This document shows, piece after piece, positions 51,477-61,009 of a stretch of 64,000 bases of DNA (positions are counted from its first letter, which is position 1; every line of letters begins with the position of its first letter). Both the position numbers and the translations under genes were made by a program. The stretch is from an uncultured Actinomycetota bacterium (lineage in GTDB: Bacteria; Actinomycetota; Actinomycetes; JAHEKZ01), in the NCBI GenBank assembly GCA_963718235.1, contig CAVQYR010000002.1, positions 352,001-416,000 on the forward strand. Reading direction: 5' to 3'. The notes below the pieces were generated by a model that made no database searches, was not told the origin of the DNA, and saw nothing but the letters and a program-made list of their open reading frames with translations.

Positions 51477-52787
51477 TTGATGTCCAGCCCCGAGCCGCCC
51501 GACCCCCGCGGCATCGACGAACCGGCCCCCGACCGTGACGCGTGGTCGGCGCCGCCCGAGGCGTCGACGACGCCCTTTCCGGTCCGGACCGACGATCCGT
51601 TCGCCGCACCGTGGGCCACGTCCCCCGCGTCGCCGGCCGAGACGGTCGACAGCGTCGGACGCGCCCCGGGCTCGGGTCGTCCTGGCCGGAAAGGGCTCGG
51701 GACGTCGGCCACGCTCGTCCTGGTGGCGGTGGTCGGGGTGCTGGCGGGGCTGCTCGGCGGGGTGGTGGGCTACGTGGCAGCGGACCGTGCGGACAGCCGA
51801 CTGACCGACCCGGGCACCTCGCTGGGCCGGACGCCGGTCGAGAACCTCGCCCGTGACCGGGGGTCCGTGGCGGGCATCGCCGCAGCGGTCCTGCCCACGG
51901 TCGTCTCCATCTCGGCCACCGACGCGACCGGCTCCGGGGGCACGGGGTCCGGCTTCGTCGTCCGTGGCGACGGCTACCTGCTGACCAACAACCACGTGAT
52001 CGCCGCTGCGGCGCGGGGCGGCACGATCGAGGTCACGTTCAGCGACGGGACGTCGACCAGGGCCAAGATCGTGGGGCGTACCCCGACCTACGACCTGGCC
52101 GTGCTCCGGGTCAGGGTCAAGGACCTGCCCACCGCGACGCTGGGCAACTCCGACTCCCTGGTGGTCGGTGACCCGGTGGTCGCCGTCGGCTCCCCGCTGG
52201 GTCTGTCCGGGACCGTCACCACCGGCATCGTGAGCGCGCTGGACCGACCCGTCACGGCGGGAGACACCGCAGGCGACGTGTCCTACATCAGCGCCATCCA
52301 GACCGACGCGGCGATCAACCCCGGCAACTCCGGAGGCCCGCTGGTCGACGCCCGCGGGCGGGTGGTCGGCGTCAACAGTGCCATCGCCTCCCTGGGTACC
52401 GGAGGGCAGGCCGGGAGCATCGGGCTGGGGTTCGCGATCCCGATCAACCAGGCCCGTCGGATCGCCGAGGAGCTGATCGCCGACGGAACGGCTGAGTACC
52501 CGATCGTGGGAGTGAACCTCGACCTCACCTACCCGGGCCCCGGCGCACGGATCCTGCCGGCCCCGGTCGACGGTCGCGAGCCACTGGTCGCCGGGGGCCC
52601 GGCCGCACTGGCCGGACTGCGGCCGGGCGACGTGATCGTGGAGGTGGACGGGCAGCCGGTGGCCACCTACGAGGAGTTCGTGGTGGCGATCCGGACCTTC
52701 CTCCCCGGCGACGAGGTCACCTTGTCGGTGCGTCGCGACGGCGACACTCGTGACTTCACCGTGACCCTGCAGGCCTCGGAGGGCTGA
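51477..52787 (+). CDS. htrA: HtrA/DegP-family serine protease with PDZ domain
   Basis: TNNHV, DLAV, QTDAAINPGNSGG, PDZ; sigE-rseA-htrA-tatB order. Confidence 0.92.
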   Translation: MMSSPEPPDPRGIDEPAPDRDAWSAPPEASTTPFPVRTDDPFAAPWATSPASPAETVDSVGRAPGSGRPGRKGLGTSATLVLVAVVGVLAGLLGGVVGYVAADRADSRLTDPGTSLGRTPVENLARDRGSVAGIAAAVLPTVVSISATDATGSGGTGSGFVVRGDGYLLTNNHVIAAAARGGTIEVTFSDGTSTRAKIVGRTPTYDLAVLRVRVKDLPTATLGNSDSLVVGDPVVAVGSPLGLSGTVTTGIVSALDRPVTAGDTAGDVSYISAIQTDAAINPGNSGGPLVDARGRVVGVNSAIASLGTGGQAGSIGLGFAIPINQARRIAEELIADGTAEYPIVGVNLDLTYPGPGARILPAPVDGREPLVAGGPAALAGLRPGDVIVEVDGQPVATYEEFVVAIRTFLPGDEVTLSVRRDGDTRDFTVTLQASEG

Positions 52788-52849
52788 GCGGCGGCGCCGA
52801 TGCGTACCCTGAGGGGTTCGACCGGGTTCGACGACAGATTGGGGCCGAC

Positions 52850-53269
52850 GTGTTCGACATCGGCTTCTTCGAGCTCGTCGCACTCGGCGTACTGGCCCTG
52901 CTCATCTTCGGCCCCGACAAGCTGCCGAAGGTGGCGGCCGACGCAGCGCGCATGCTTCGCGAGCTTCGGTCCATGGCCAGCGGCGCCAAGCGCGAGCTGA
53001 CCGACGCGCTCGGCCCCGAGGTCACCGAGCTGAAGGACCTCGGTGACCTGAACCCGCGTACCTTCGTCAAGAAGAACTTCCTCGACGTGCTCGACGACGA
53101 CGAGGACGTGACCTCGACCGGCAGCGATACGGGCGAGGGTGGCCCGACGAGCAGGCGCGGCCGAGGGCGGGCGCGCGGCCCGGCCGCCGAGGCCCAGCCG
53201 GGGGACACCCCGTCGTCGGAGGGTCCGGCACCGCGACCCACCACCGGCTACGACGCCGACACCACCTGA
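52850..53269 (+). CDS. tatB: Sec-independent translocase TatB
   Basis: MFDIGFFEL...FGPDKLP; YDADTT tail. Confidence 0.9.
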   Translation: MFDIGFFELVALGVLALLIFGPDKLPKVAADAARMLRELRSMASGAKRELTDALGPEVTELKDLGDLNPRTFVKKNFLDVLDDDEDVTSTGSDTGEGGPTSRRGRGRARGPAAEAQPGDTPSSEGPAPRPTTGYDADTT

Positions 53270-53277
53270 CCCGACGG

Positions 53278-54411
53278 TCAGCGTCCGGCCGGTGACAGCC
53301 CCAGGGACATGCCGAGCAGTCCGCGCTCGCGGCGGCCGAGGCGAAGGGCGATCCCGGTGAGCTCCGTCGACGCCGCGGCGGTCGGGTCGCTACGGACCAG
53401 AGGCATGCCGACGTCGCCGCCCTCGCGCAGCCGCACGTCGAGCGGCACCTGACCCAGGAGCGGCACCTGGGCGCCGGTAGCGCGGGTCAACGCCTCGGCC
53501 ACCTGCGCACCGCCACCGGAGCCGAAGACCTCGATGTGCTCCCCGCAGTGGGGGCACGGCAGGTACGCCATGTTCTCGATGACCCCCGCGATCGTCTGGT
53601 GGGTCTGCAACGAGATGGTGCCGGCGCGCTCGGCGACCTCCGCAGCGGCCTGCTGAGGGGTCGTGACGATCAGCAGCTCGGCGTTGGGCACCAGCTGGGC
53701 CACCGAGATCGCGATGTCGCCGGTGCCGGGGGGGAGGTCGAGCAGCAGCACGTCGAGATCGCCCCACCAGACGTCGGCCAAGAACTGCTGCAGGGCTCGA
53801 TGGAGCATCGGGCCGCGCCACACGACCGGGGTGTTGCCCGGTGTGAACATGCCGATCGAGATGACGCTGACCCCGTGCGCCTGCGGCGGCATCAGCATGC
53901 TGTCGACCTGGGTCGGGCGTCCCTCGACGCCGAGCATCCGCGGGATCGAGTGGCCGTAGATGTCGGCATCGACGACACCGACGTTCAGTCCGTCAGCCGC
54001 CATCGCCGCGGCGAGGTTCACCGTCACCGACGACTTGCCGACCCCGCCCTTGCCCGAGGCGACCGCGTAGACCCGGGTCAGCGACCCGGGGCGAGCGAAG
54101 GGGATCTCCCGTTCGCTCTGCCCACCACGCAGCGAGGCGGACAGCTGCTGGCGCTGCTCCTCGCTCATCACGTCGAGCTCGACGTCGACGCCGGTGACCC
54201 CTTCGACCGCGGTGACCGCAGTCGTGACGTCTCGGGTGATCCGGTCCCGCATCGGGCATCCGGCGACGGTGAGGAAGACCGCGACGGACACGCGTCCGTC
54301 GTCGCCGACCTGGACCGACTTCACCATGCCGAGCTCGGTGATCGGTTTGTGGATCTCGGGGTCCTCGACGGTGGCGAGGGCAGCCTGGACGGAGTCGGTG
54401 GTAGGGACCAT
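53278..54411 (-). CDS. mrp: Mrp/NBP35 Fe-S cluster carrier ATPase
   Basis: SGKGGVGKS, WRGPMLH, DLPPGTGD, CPHC. Confidence 0.95.
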   Translation of the reverse strand: MVPTTDSVQAALATVEDPEIHKPITELGMVKSVQVGDDGRVSVAVFLTVAGCPMRDRITRDVTTAVTAVEGVTGVDVELDVMSEEQRQQLSASLRGGQSEREIPFARPGSLTRVYAVASGKGGVGKSSVTVNLAAAMAADGLNVGVVDADIYGHSIPRMLGVEGRPTQVDSMLMPPQAHGVSVISIGMFTPGNTPVVWRGPMLHRALQQFLADVWWGDLDVLLLDLPPGTGDIAISVAQLVPNAELLIVTTPQQAAAEVAERAGTISLQTHQTIAGVIENMAYLPCPHCGEHIEVFGSGGGAQVAEALTRATGAQVPLLGQVPLDVRLREGGDVGMPLVRSDPTAAASTELTGIALRLGRRERGLLGMSLGLSPAGR

Positions 54412-54437
54412 CCCCCGATGCTACGAGGCCGATCGGC

Positions 54438-55235
54438 TCAGCGACGAAGCCGTAGGGCCAGCTGCGCGTGACGGGCGTCGAGTCGACCGGTCACGACGTG
54501 GAGGTCCTCTTGGCAGGCGTGCACGATGTCGTGGGCCTCGGCCAGGCGCTGCTGCAGGGCGAAGTCGCTGAAGAAGTCGGAGAACCAGAGGTCGAAGAGC
54601 CGCAGGTGGTCGTCGAGGTGATCCGACTGGTCCCCGGCGGCGGAGACGTCGTCCAGCTCGGCGGCGAGCACGTCCATGGCGGTCTGGGCCCTGGCGAGCT
54701 GCTGGGTGGCAGCATCGACCAGCCCGTTGGCGACCATCGACTGCATCACGTGACCGCACGGGCGACCGGCGGTGGCACCGGTGGTCGTGCTCACCAACGT
54801 CGCGGAGACTCCCGACAGCTCGCGGGCGGCGTCCGCGGCTGCCCGTTGGGCGGCCTCGACCAAGGTGACCTGGGTGGCGAGCAGGACGGTGGGGTCATCC
54901 GAGGGGGCGCGCTGCTCGGACTGTGCCTCCAGCACCCCGAGGCGGGCGCTGAGCGCCTTGGCGGCCCTCGCGTGCGTTCCCAGGTCGGCCCCGGCCGCGG
55001 CCACTGCGACGTCGTTGTCGACTCCGGGGCCGAGGGCGGCGGCCCCTGGCGGCCCGCTGCCCTCGTGGCTGCCCGTCTCGGTGAGCGCATCGAGCCGGTC
55101 GATCGCCCGGGCGGTGCGTTGCTCCTCCTGGTCCAGCTGACGCTGCAGGGCCGTGGCCCTTCGGGCGGCCGCCTGGGTGCTGGCCAGGGCGCGGACCGCT
55201 GCGGACAGCGGGTCGACCCCGAGGGGGACGGTCAT
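54438..55235 (-). CDS. hypothetical coiled-coil protein
   Basis: Ala/Gln-rich helical ORF; C-terminal FDLWFSDFFSDF motif. Confidence 0.55.
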   Translation of the reverse strand: MTVPLGVDPLSAAVRALASTQAAARRATALQRQLDQEEQRTARAIDRLDALTETGSHEGSGPPGAAALGPGVDNDVAVAAAGADLGTHARAAKALSARLGVLEAQSEQRAPSDDPTVLLATQVTLVEAAQRAAADAARELSGVSATLVSTTTGATAGRPCGHVMQSMVANGLVDAATQQLARAQTAMDVLAAELDDVSAAGDQSDHLDDHLRLFDLWFSDFFSDFALQQRLAEAHDIVHACQEDLHVVTGRLDARHAQLALRLRR

Positions 55236-55364
55236 CGCCGACCGTCGACCGCCAACTGCCGGTGCGCGGCTGGTGTCGGTGGGCGGCTGGTGTCGGTGGG
55301 CGACGGTTTCCCTCACCTCTGAGAGATCGGCGCGGACGGGCCCGACCTTCACTGAAGACCCGGC

Positions 55365-56096
55365 TCAGGTGACCAGTCGCCCGGCGACGAAGGTCAACGA
55401 CCCGATGGCCGCAGCGGCCACGACCAGCGCTGTGTCGGAGCCGGCCCAGGGGCTGGCGCCCGCGGCCCCACGCTGTGCCGAGTCGAACCCGCGCGCGTCC
55501 AGGGCGGTGGCGACCCGGGTGGCCCGGCGCACCGCCGAGACCAGCAGGGCGACCGTGCGCCGCGACCACCGACGGACCAGACCGCCCGGGCCTCGACCGG
55601 TCAGACCGCGGGCTCGTTCGGCCCGGGCGAGGACGTGCCACTCCTGGGCCAGACCCGGCGTGAGCCGCACCGCAGCGAGCACTCCGTAGGCGAAGCGGAC
55701 CGGGACGCCCAGCTGGTGCACCAGCGAGTCGGCGAGGTCGACCGGGTCGATCGTCAGGAACGCCAGGACGCCGGGAAGGACCAGGGCGGCGACCCGCAGC
55801 CCGGCCAGCCCGGCTCGCCCCCACGACCCGTCTCCGGCCAGCGCGTTGGCGACCACGGCCGAGCCGGCGACGAACGCGACGACGCCGAGGGTGCGACCGA
55901 CCGTGCGCCAGGGCAGGCCGAGCACCGGGAGCAGGGCCAGGGAGACGACGAGGGTCAGGCCGGCGGTGACGGCGTCCAGCACGAACAGGTTGGGCAGTGA
56001 GACCAGGGCCGAGCCGCCGATTCGGGCCAACGGGTTGCTCCGGGTGAACCAGTGGGTCGCCTCACGTCGGGGGGAGGCGACGGCGTCCAGGGTCAT
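55365..56096 (-). CDS. ECF transporter T component (YkoC-like)
   Basis: Multi-TM; ARG motifs (RARG, ALDARGF). Confidence 0.88.
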   Translation of the reverse strand: MTLDAVASPRREATHWFTRSNPLARIGGSALVSLPNLFVLDAVTAGLTLVVSLALLPVLGLPWRTVGRTLGVVAFVAGSAVVANALAGDGSWGRAGLAGLRVAALVLPGVLAFLTIDPVDLADSLVHQLGVPVRFAYGVLAAVRLTPGLAQEWHVLARAERARGLTGRGPGGLVRRWSRRTVALLVSAVRRATRVATALDARGFDSAQRGAAGASPWAGSDTALVVAAAAIGSLTFVAGRLVT

Positions 56097-57553
56097 CGCG
56101 GCGCCTCGACCCGGCGTCCGGCGTGGAGTCGCACCCGGGCGTCAGCCAGGGCCGCGACGAACGGCTCGTCGTGGGTGGCGAACAGCAGGCTGTGGCCGTC
56201 GTCGCGCAGCCCGCCCAGCAGGTCGACCAGCTCGAGCCAGGTGCGTGGGTCCTGGCCGAAGGTGGGCTCGTCGAGCACGAGCAGCCGTGGTCGCACGGCC
56301 AGGGCCGCGGCCACGGACAGCCGTCGCTGCTGGCCTCCGGACAAGGTGAAGGGGTTGGCTGCGCAGACACCGGTCAGGTGAGTGCGCTGGAGGAGCTCCT
56401 CGACGATCCGGGAGACCTCGGCCGAGTGGACGCCGAGGGCCTGCGGACCGGCGGCGAGCTCGGCGGCTACGGTGCGCCTCACGAACGCGTGCTCGGGGTT
56501 CTGGAAGACCGAGCCGACCCGGGCGGCCAGGACCGTCGACGACCAGCGGTGCGGTCGGGACTGCGCGACCCCGCGACGCAGCGGCTCGGTGGCCGTGACC
56601 TCGCCTCCACCCGGACCGACGAGCCCGCCGACCAGCAGGGCCAGGCTGGACTTGCCCGAGCCGTTCGGCCCGGTCAGGGCGGTCGCGCGGCTGGCTTCCA
56701 GGGTCAGGCTGACGTCACTGACCGCGTCGACCTTCGACCCGGCGTGGCGCAGCGACACCGCCTTCGCGTGGAGCAGCGGGACTCCCGCCCTCCGTGGGCG
56801 GTGCCCCCCACCTGCGTGGGCAGGCAGCCAGACCCCCTGCTCCTCCAGCGACCGGTCGGCCAGGACCCGGTCTGGCGGACCGTCGGCGACCACGCCCTCC
56901 GGACCCACGACCACGACCCGGTCCACCAGTGGCAGCCAGTCGGTCACCCGGTGCTCGACCACGATCATCGTCGTCGAGGTCTCGCGCGCGATCCGACTGA
57001 CCGACGAGCGGACCAGCTCGGCGCCCGCGGGGTCGAGCATCGAGGTGGGCTCGTCCAGGAGCATGACGGCCGGCTGGTGGGCCAGCACACCGGCCAGGGC
57101 CACGCGCTGCCGTTCGCCGCCGGACAGGGTCTGCACCCGGCGGGCGCCGCCGTGGGTGGTGGGGGAGAGCCCGACGGTCCGCAGCGCGTCGTCGGCCCGG
57201 CTGGCCGCCGCGGCCGGTGGGACGCCGCGCATCCGCAGTCCGAAGGCCACGTCGTCGTCGACCCGGGACAGCACGAGGTGGGCCTCGGGGTCCTGCAGCA
57301 GCAGACCGACCGCGGGGTTGCCCCGCGCGGCGGCCCGGCCTCCGACCCGCACCTCGCCGAGGGTGTCGCCGCCGTCGTCCAGCAGGCCCGCGACAGCGCG
57401 CAGGAGAGTGGACTTCCCGGCCCCGGAGGCGCCCAGCAGCAGCACGTGCTCGCCCTCGCCCACGGTGAGGTCCAGGTCGCGCAGCGCCCACGCCTTGCGG
57501 CCAGGAGGCCGGTAGCCGAAGCCGCGCAGCTCGATGCAGGCCGCAGCCGTCAC
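56093..57553 (-). CDS. ECF transporter dual ABC ATPase (YkoD-like)
   Basis: Two Walker A (GASGAGKS, GPNGSGKS), two LSGG signatures, DEPTFGQD. Confidence 0.92.
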   Translation of the reverse strand: MTAAACIELRGFGYRPPGRKAWALRDLDLTVGEGEHVLLLGASGAGKSTLLRAVAGLLDDGGDTLGEVRVGGRAAARGNPAVGLLLQDPEAHLVLSRVDDDVAFGLRMRGVPPAAAASRADDALRTVGLSPTTHGGARRVQTLSGGERQRVALAGVLAHQPAVMLLDEPTSMLDPAGAELVRSSVSRIARETSTTMIVVEHRVTDWLPLVDRVVVVGPEGVVADGPPDRVLADRSLEEQGVWLPAHAGGGHRPRRAGVPLLHAKAVSLRHAGSKVDAVSDVSLTLEASRATALTGPNGSGKSSLALLVGGLVGPGGGEVTATEPLRRGVAQSRPHRWSSTVLAARVGSVFQNPEHAFVRRTVAAELAAGPQALGVHSAEVSRIVEELLQRTHLTGVCAANPFTLSGGQQRRLSVAAALAVRPRLLVLDEPTFGQDPRTWLELVDLLGGLRDDGHSLLFATHDEPFVAALADARVRLHAGRRVEAPR

Positions 57554-58188
57554 ACCCGGGCCTGGTCCCGTCCGGCCGGGAACGAGCTCAGGACGCCGGT
57601 GCCCGCCAGCGTGCGGGCCAGCCACCAGCTGCCGAGACCGGCCACCACGGCGCCGCTGAGACAGACCGTGGCGATGTACAGCGCCTTCCAGCCGCTGGTC
57701 CAGGTGGGGTAGTAGCCGATCAGGTCCATCGTCGCGGCGGCGAGCCCGGTGGCAGCGGCGGCGGCGACCGCAATGGCCGGCCCGAACCGCCGGTAGCGGC
57801 CCAGTGCAAACACGGCCTCGGGGGCGAGACCCTGGGCGACGCCGTACACAAGCGCAGTGGTCCCCCAGCTCGAGCCGAGGAGGGCGGACACCAGCGCGGC
57901 GGTGAAGGCGGCGAGGAAGGCCGCGCCCGGGCGCCGCACGACCAGGCCGGCCAGGACGCCGGGGACGAACCACACGCCGTACAGCAGGCCCTGGACGGGC
58001 GGAAGGACGGCGAACGCTGCGGCGGTCCCGTTCCACAGCAGGCCCCACGCCCAGAAGACGATCCCGAAGGCGACCCCGAGCGTCGCCGTGACGACGATGT
58101 CGACCGTGCGCCAACGACCGTCGGCACGCCGGTGGTCGCGGTCGGTGTTGGCGTCTGTGCTCTTGTCGGTGAGCGGTGAACGGCTCAT
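57550..58188 (-). CDS. thiamine/HMP ECF transporter S component (YkoE-like)
   Basis: WRTVDIVV...GIVFWAW...RRPGAA; downstream of a TPP riboswitch. Confidence 0.9.
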   Translation of the reverse strand: MSRSPLTDKSTDANTDRDHRRADGRWRTVDIVVTATLGVAFGIVFWAWGLLWNGTAAAFAVLPPVQGLLYGVWFVPGVLAGLVVRRPGAAFLAAFTAALVSALLGSSWGTTALVYGVAQGLAPEAVFALGRYRRFGPAIAVAAAAATGLAAATMDLIGYYPTWTSGWKALYIATVCLSGAVVAGLGSWWLARTLAGTGVLSSFPAGRDQARV

Positions 58189-58190
58189 GT

Positions 58191-58276
58191 CGACTCCCTT
58201 CGCCGGCATGACCCGGATCAGGTTCGAGGGTCTGCGGACGGATCCGCACTCTCAGCGCCGAGGCGCTCCCCTGTCG
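58191..58276 (-). ncRNA. TPP riboswitch
   Basis: Minus strand CGACAGGGGAGC...GCTGAGAG...GACCCTCGAACCTGATCCGGGTCATGCCGGCGAAGGGAGTCG; RBS lies within the 3' P1 side, ATG 3 nt later. Confidence 0.95.
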
Positions 58277-58316
58277 CGTATGGAGGTTTGCTCGACGACC
58301 CTACCCCGAGCGGGGT

Positions 58317-58805
58317 TCAGCCGGCGTTCTCGCGCCGCTCGTCGAGCTCGTCGAGCAGCTCGCGCAGCTGGTCGCGCACGAAGTCACGCGTGGCGGTCTC
58401 GCCGACGGCGTGGCGCAGGGCGGCGACCTCACGGGTGAGGAAGTCCTCGTCGGCCAGGATCCGGTCGATCCGGGCCCGGTCCTCCAGGTACTGCACCCGG
58501 TCGCGGTCCGCCTGCCGGTTCTGGGCCAGCAGGATCAGGGGCGCTGCGTAGGAGGCCTGCAAGGACAGCATCAAGGTGAGTCCGATGAACGGCCAGGGGT
58601 CGAACTGCAGGTCCTCCGGCGCCGTCACGTTCCACAGCACCCACGACAGGACGAAGACGGTCATGAGCCCGATGAACCGCCACGAGCCGATGAACCGGCT
58701 GATCCGCTCGCTCACCTTGCCGAGGTCCTCGCGGTCGTAGGGACTACGAAGCCGGCGTGGTCCGGTCGGCTGGTCGAGGCGCGGACGCCGGGTCTCACGA
58801 GTCAC
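58317..58805 (-). CDS. DUF1003 membrane protein
   Basis: FDPWPFIGLTLMLSLQASYAAPLILLAQNRQ. Confidence 0.92.
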   Translation of the reverse strand: MTRETRRPRLDQPTGPRRLRSPYDREDLGKVSERISRFIGSWRFIGLMTVFVLSWVLWNVTAPEDLQFDPWPFIGLTLMLSLQASYAAPLILLAQNRQADRDRVQYLEDRARIDRILADEDFLTREVAALRHAVGETATRDFVRDQLRELLDELDERRENAG

Positions 58806-60069
58806 CGGGCACCTCCCCGACGTGCGGCTCGTCGAACTCCTGCGAGCGCCAGTCGTCGGGCAGCATGTGGTCGATCACGTCGTCCACGGTGACCGCGCCG
58901 AGGAGGTGGTCGTCGTCGTCGACCACGGGGATCGCGACGAGGTTGTACGTCGCCAGGACGTTGGTGACCTGTTGCAGCGACGCGTCCGGGCCCAGCGGGT
59001 CGAGCTCGGAGTCGACCACCTCCGACACCAGCGACGCCGGCATCTCCCTGAGGAGCCGCTGGAAGTGGGCCGAGCCGAGGTACCGACCGGTGGGGGTCTC
59101 CAGCGGTGGCCGGCAGACGTACACCTGGGCGGCGAGGGCCGGTGAGAGGTCGCTGTTGCGCACGTGCGCCAGCGCCTCGGCCACGGTGGCGTCCGGGGCG
59201 AGGATGACCGGCTCGGTCGTCATCATTCCGCCGGCGGTGTACTCGTCGTAGCTGAGCAGCCGACGAACGTCGTCGGCCTCGTCGGGCTCCATCAGGTCGA
59301 GCAGTCGGGCCCGGGTCTCCTCGGGCAGGTCGCCGAGCACGTCGGCGGCATCGTCCGGTCCCATCGCCTCGAGCACGTCGGCCGCCCGCTCGAGGTCGAG
59401 CATGCTGAGGATCTCGATCGACTCCTCCTCGGTCATCTCCTCGAGCACATCGGCCAGCCGGTCGTCGTCGAGGGCCGCGGCGACGTCGGACCGGCGTTTG
59501 GGCGACAGGTCACCGAGCACCTGGGCCAGGTCGGCCGGACGCAGCTTCTCCAAGGTGGCCAGCAGGGTCTCCGTGCTCTGGCCGTCCTGGTCGACGCTGA
59601 ACCCGGTGACGTCGCCAGCATCGACCATGAACTGCTGACCGCGCCGGCGCAGGCGGCGGCCGCGTCGCTGGACGTAGACCTTGGCGACCTCCCAGTCGCG
59701 GGTGCGCTGCTGCTCCATCGCGACGTCCACTGCGGTCACCTCGTCGCCCGAGTCGCGCAGGCTGACCCGGGCGTCGAGCAGCTGCCCGAGGACGACGACC
59801 TCTCCGGGGCGCTGCTCGAAGCGCCGGAGGTTGACCACGCCACTGACCACGACCCGACCGGGCTCGATCGTGGTGACCCGGGTCATTGGCACGAAGATGC
59901 GTCGCCGGGGGGCCACCTCGACCACCAGCCCGATCACCCGGGGGTGCTTGGGTGCGGTTCGCAGGGTCACGACGACGTCGCGGATCCGGCCGACCTGGTC
60001 GCCGTGGGGGTCGAAGACGGCAATCCCGGACAGCCGCCTGATGAACACCCGAGTGGTCGCGCCGGTCAC
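58795..60069 (-). CDS. MgtE intracellular-domain protein (PRC-barrel, MgtE_N, CBS pair)
   Basis: PDDAAD, TAGGMMTTEP, GAVTVDDV. Confidence 0.9.
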   Translation of the reverse strand: MTGATTRVFIRRLSGIAVFDPHGDQVGRIRDVVVTLRTAPKHPRVIGLVVEVAPRRRIFVPMTRVTTIEPGRVVVSGVVNLRRFEQRPGEVVVLGQLLDARVSLRDSGDEVTAVDVAMEQQRTRDWEVAKVYVQRRGRRLRRRGQQFMVDAGDVTGFSVDQDGQSTETLLATLEKLRPADLAQVLGDLSPKRRSDVAAALDDDRLADVLEEMTEEESIEILSMLDLERAADVLEAMGPDDAADVLGDLPEETRARLLDLMEPDEADDVRRLLSYDEYTAGGMMTTEPVILAPDATVAEALAHVRNSDLSPALAAQVYVCRPPLETPTGRYLGSAHFQRLLREMPASLVSEVVDSELDPLGPDASLQQVTNVLATYNLVAIPVVDDDDHLLGAVTVDDVIDHMLPDDWRSQEFDEPHVGEVPGDS

Positions 60070-60106
60070 ACGTGGAGGCTACCGGCTGCTGGTTAGCATG
60101 CCCCGT

Positions 60107-60998
60107 ATGCCGAGCCAGGGGACGTTGGACTTCCACATCGTCGACGTGTTCGGTGCGACCCCGTTCACCGGAAACCCCCTCGCCGTGGTTCTGGGCGGGG
60201 AGCGCCTGTCGACCGCACAGATGCAGCGGATCGCCACGTGAGCTCAACCTGTCCGAGACGACGTTCCCCCTGTTCGGCGGGGACGAGTGCCGAGCAGCCG
60301 GCGCCGACTACCGCCTGCGGATCTTCACTCCGGAGGTGGAGGTGCCGTTCGCCGGCCACCCGTCGATCGGCACGGCCTGGCTGCTCCGAGAAGAGGGCCT
60401 CGTCGAGGCAGACGACGGGCGGTTCGTCCAGCTCTGCGGGGCCGGTGCGCTGCCCGTACGGTTCGACGGCTCGAGGCTCACCCTCACCGGTGGGTCGCCG
60501 ACCTGGAGCGATGCGGTCGACCCTGGCCTGGTGCTCGCCGCAGCTGGTCTCGAAGCCGACGCGTCGGTCGGGCCGGCTCTGGTGTGCGGCACGGGCCTGC
60601 CGTTCGCGATCCAACCGGTCCGTGACGAGGCGCTCGCCCGAAGCGCCGCCGACCTGTCGGTGCTGCGCAGCCGCGACTTCCTGGCCCTGGGCACCGACGG
60701 GGTCTACGTCGTGACGTGGAGCGACCTTCGACGACCCGTCCGGGCGCGCATGTTCGCCGGAGACGTCATCGAGGATGCGGCGACCGGGTCGGCCGCTCTC
60801 GGGCTCGGCGTCTACCTCGCCGTGACCGGCGCCCTGCCCGACGGCGGGGGGTTCTCGGTGCTGCAGGGCGTCGAGATGGGTCGGCCGTCACACCTCTCCG
60901 TGCACGTCCAGGCAGCCGGCGGAGTCCCCACGTCGTTGACGGTCACCGGCTCAGTGGTGGCAGTGGCGCGCGGGCGGATGGTCGTGCCCCCGGACTGA
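60107..60998 (+). CDS. PhzF family isomerase with apparent single-base frameshift at about 60236
   Basis: VDVF...GNPLAVV...MQRIA | RELNLSETTF, IFTP..E.PFAGHP, EDAATGSA, QGVEMGRPS; one extra A breaks the frame. Confidence 0.85.
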
Positions 60999-61009
60999 CC
61001 TCCGTGCGG

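Noticed and set aside
55365-58276. TPP riboswitch with ECF transporter as a novel system
   Set aside because: Well-known ykoEDC-type arrangement in actinobacteria.
23520-60240. Programmed frameshifting or phase variation at flavin reductase (~23545), IS110 (~29135, ~28840), anti-sigma G5 (33297-33301) and phzF (60236)
   Set aside because: Several unrelated genes each have one single-base break with no other decay and no long slippery tract; sequencing/assembly indels are the simpler explanation until reads are checked.
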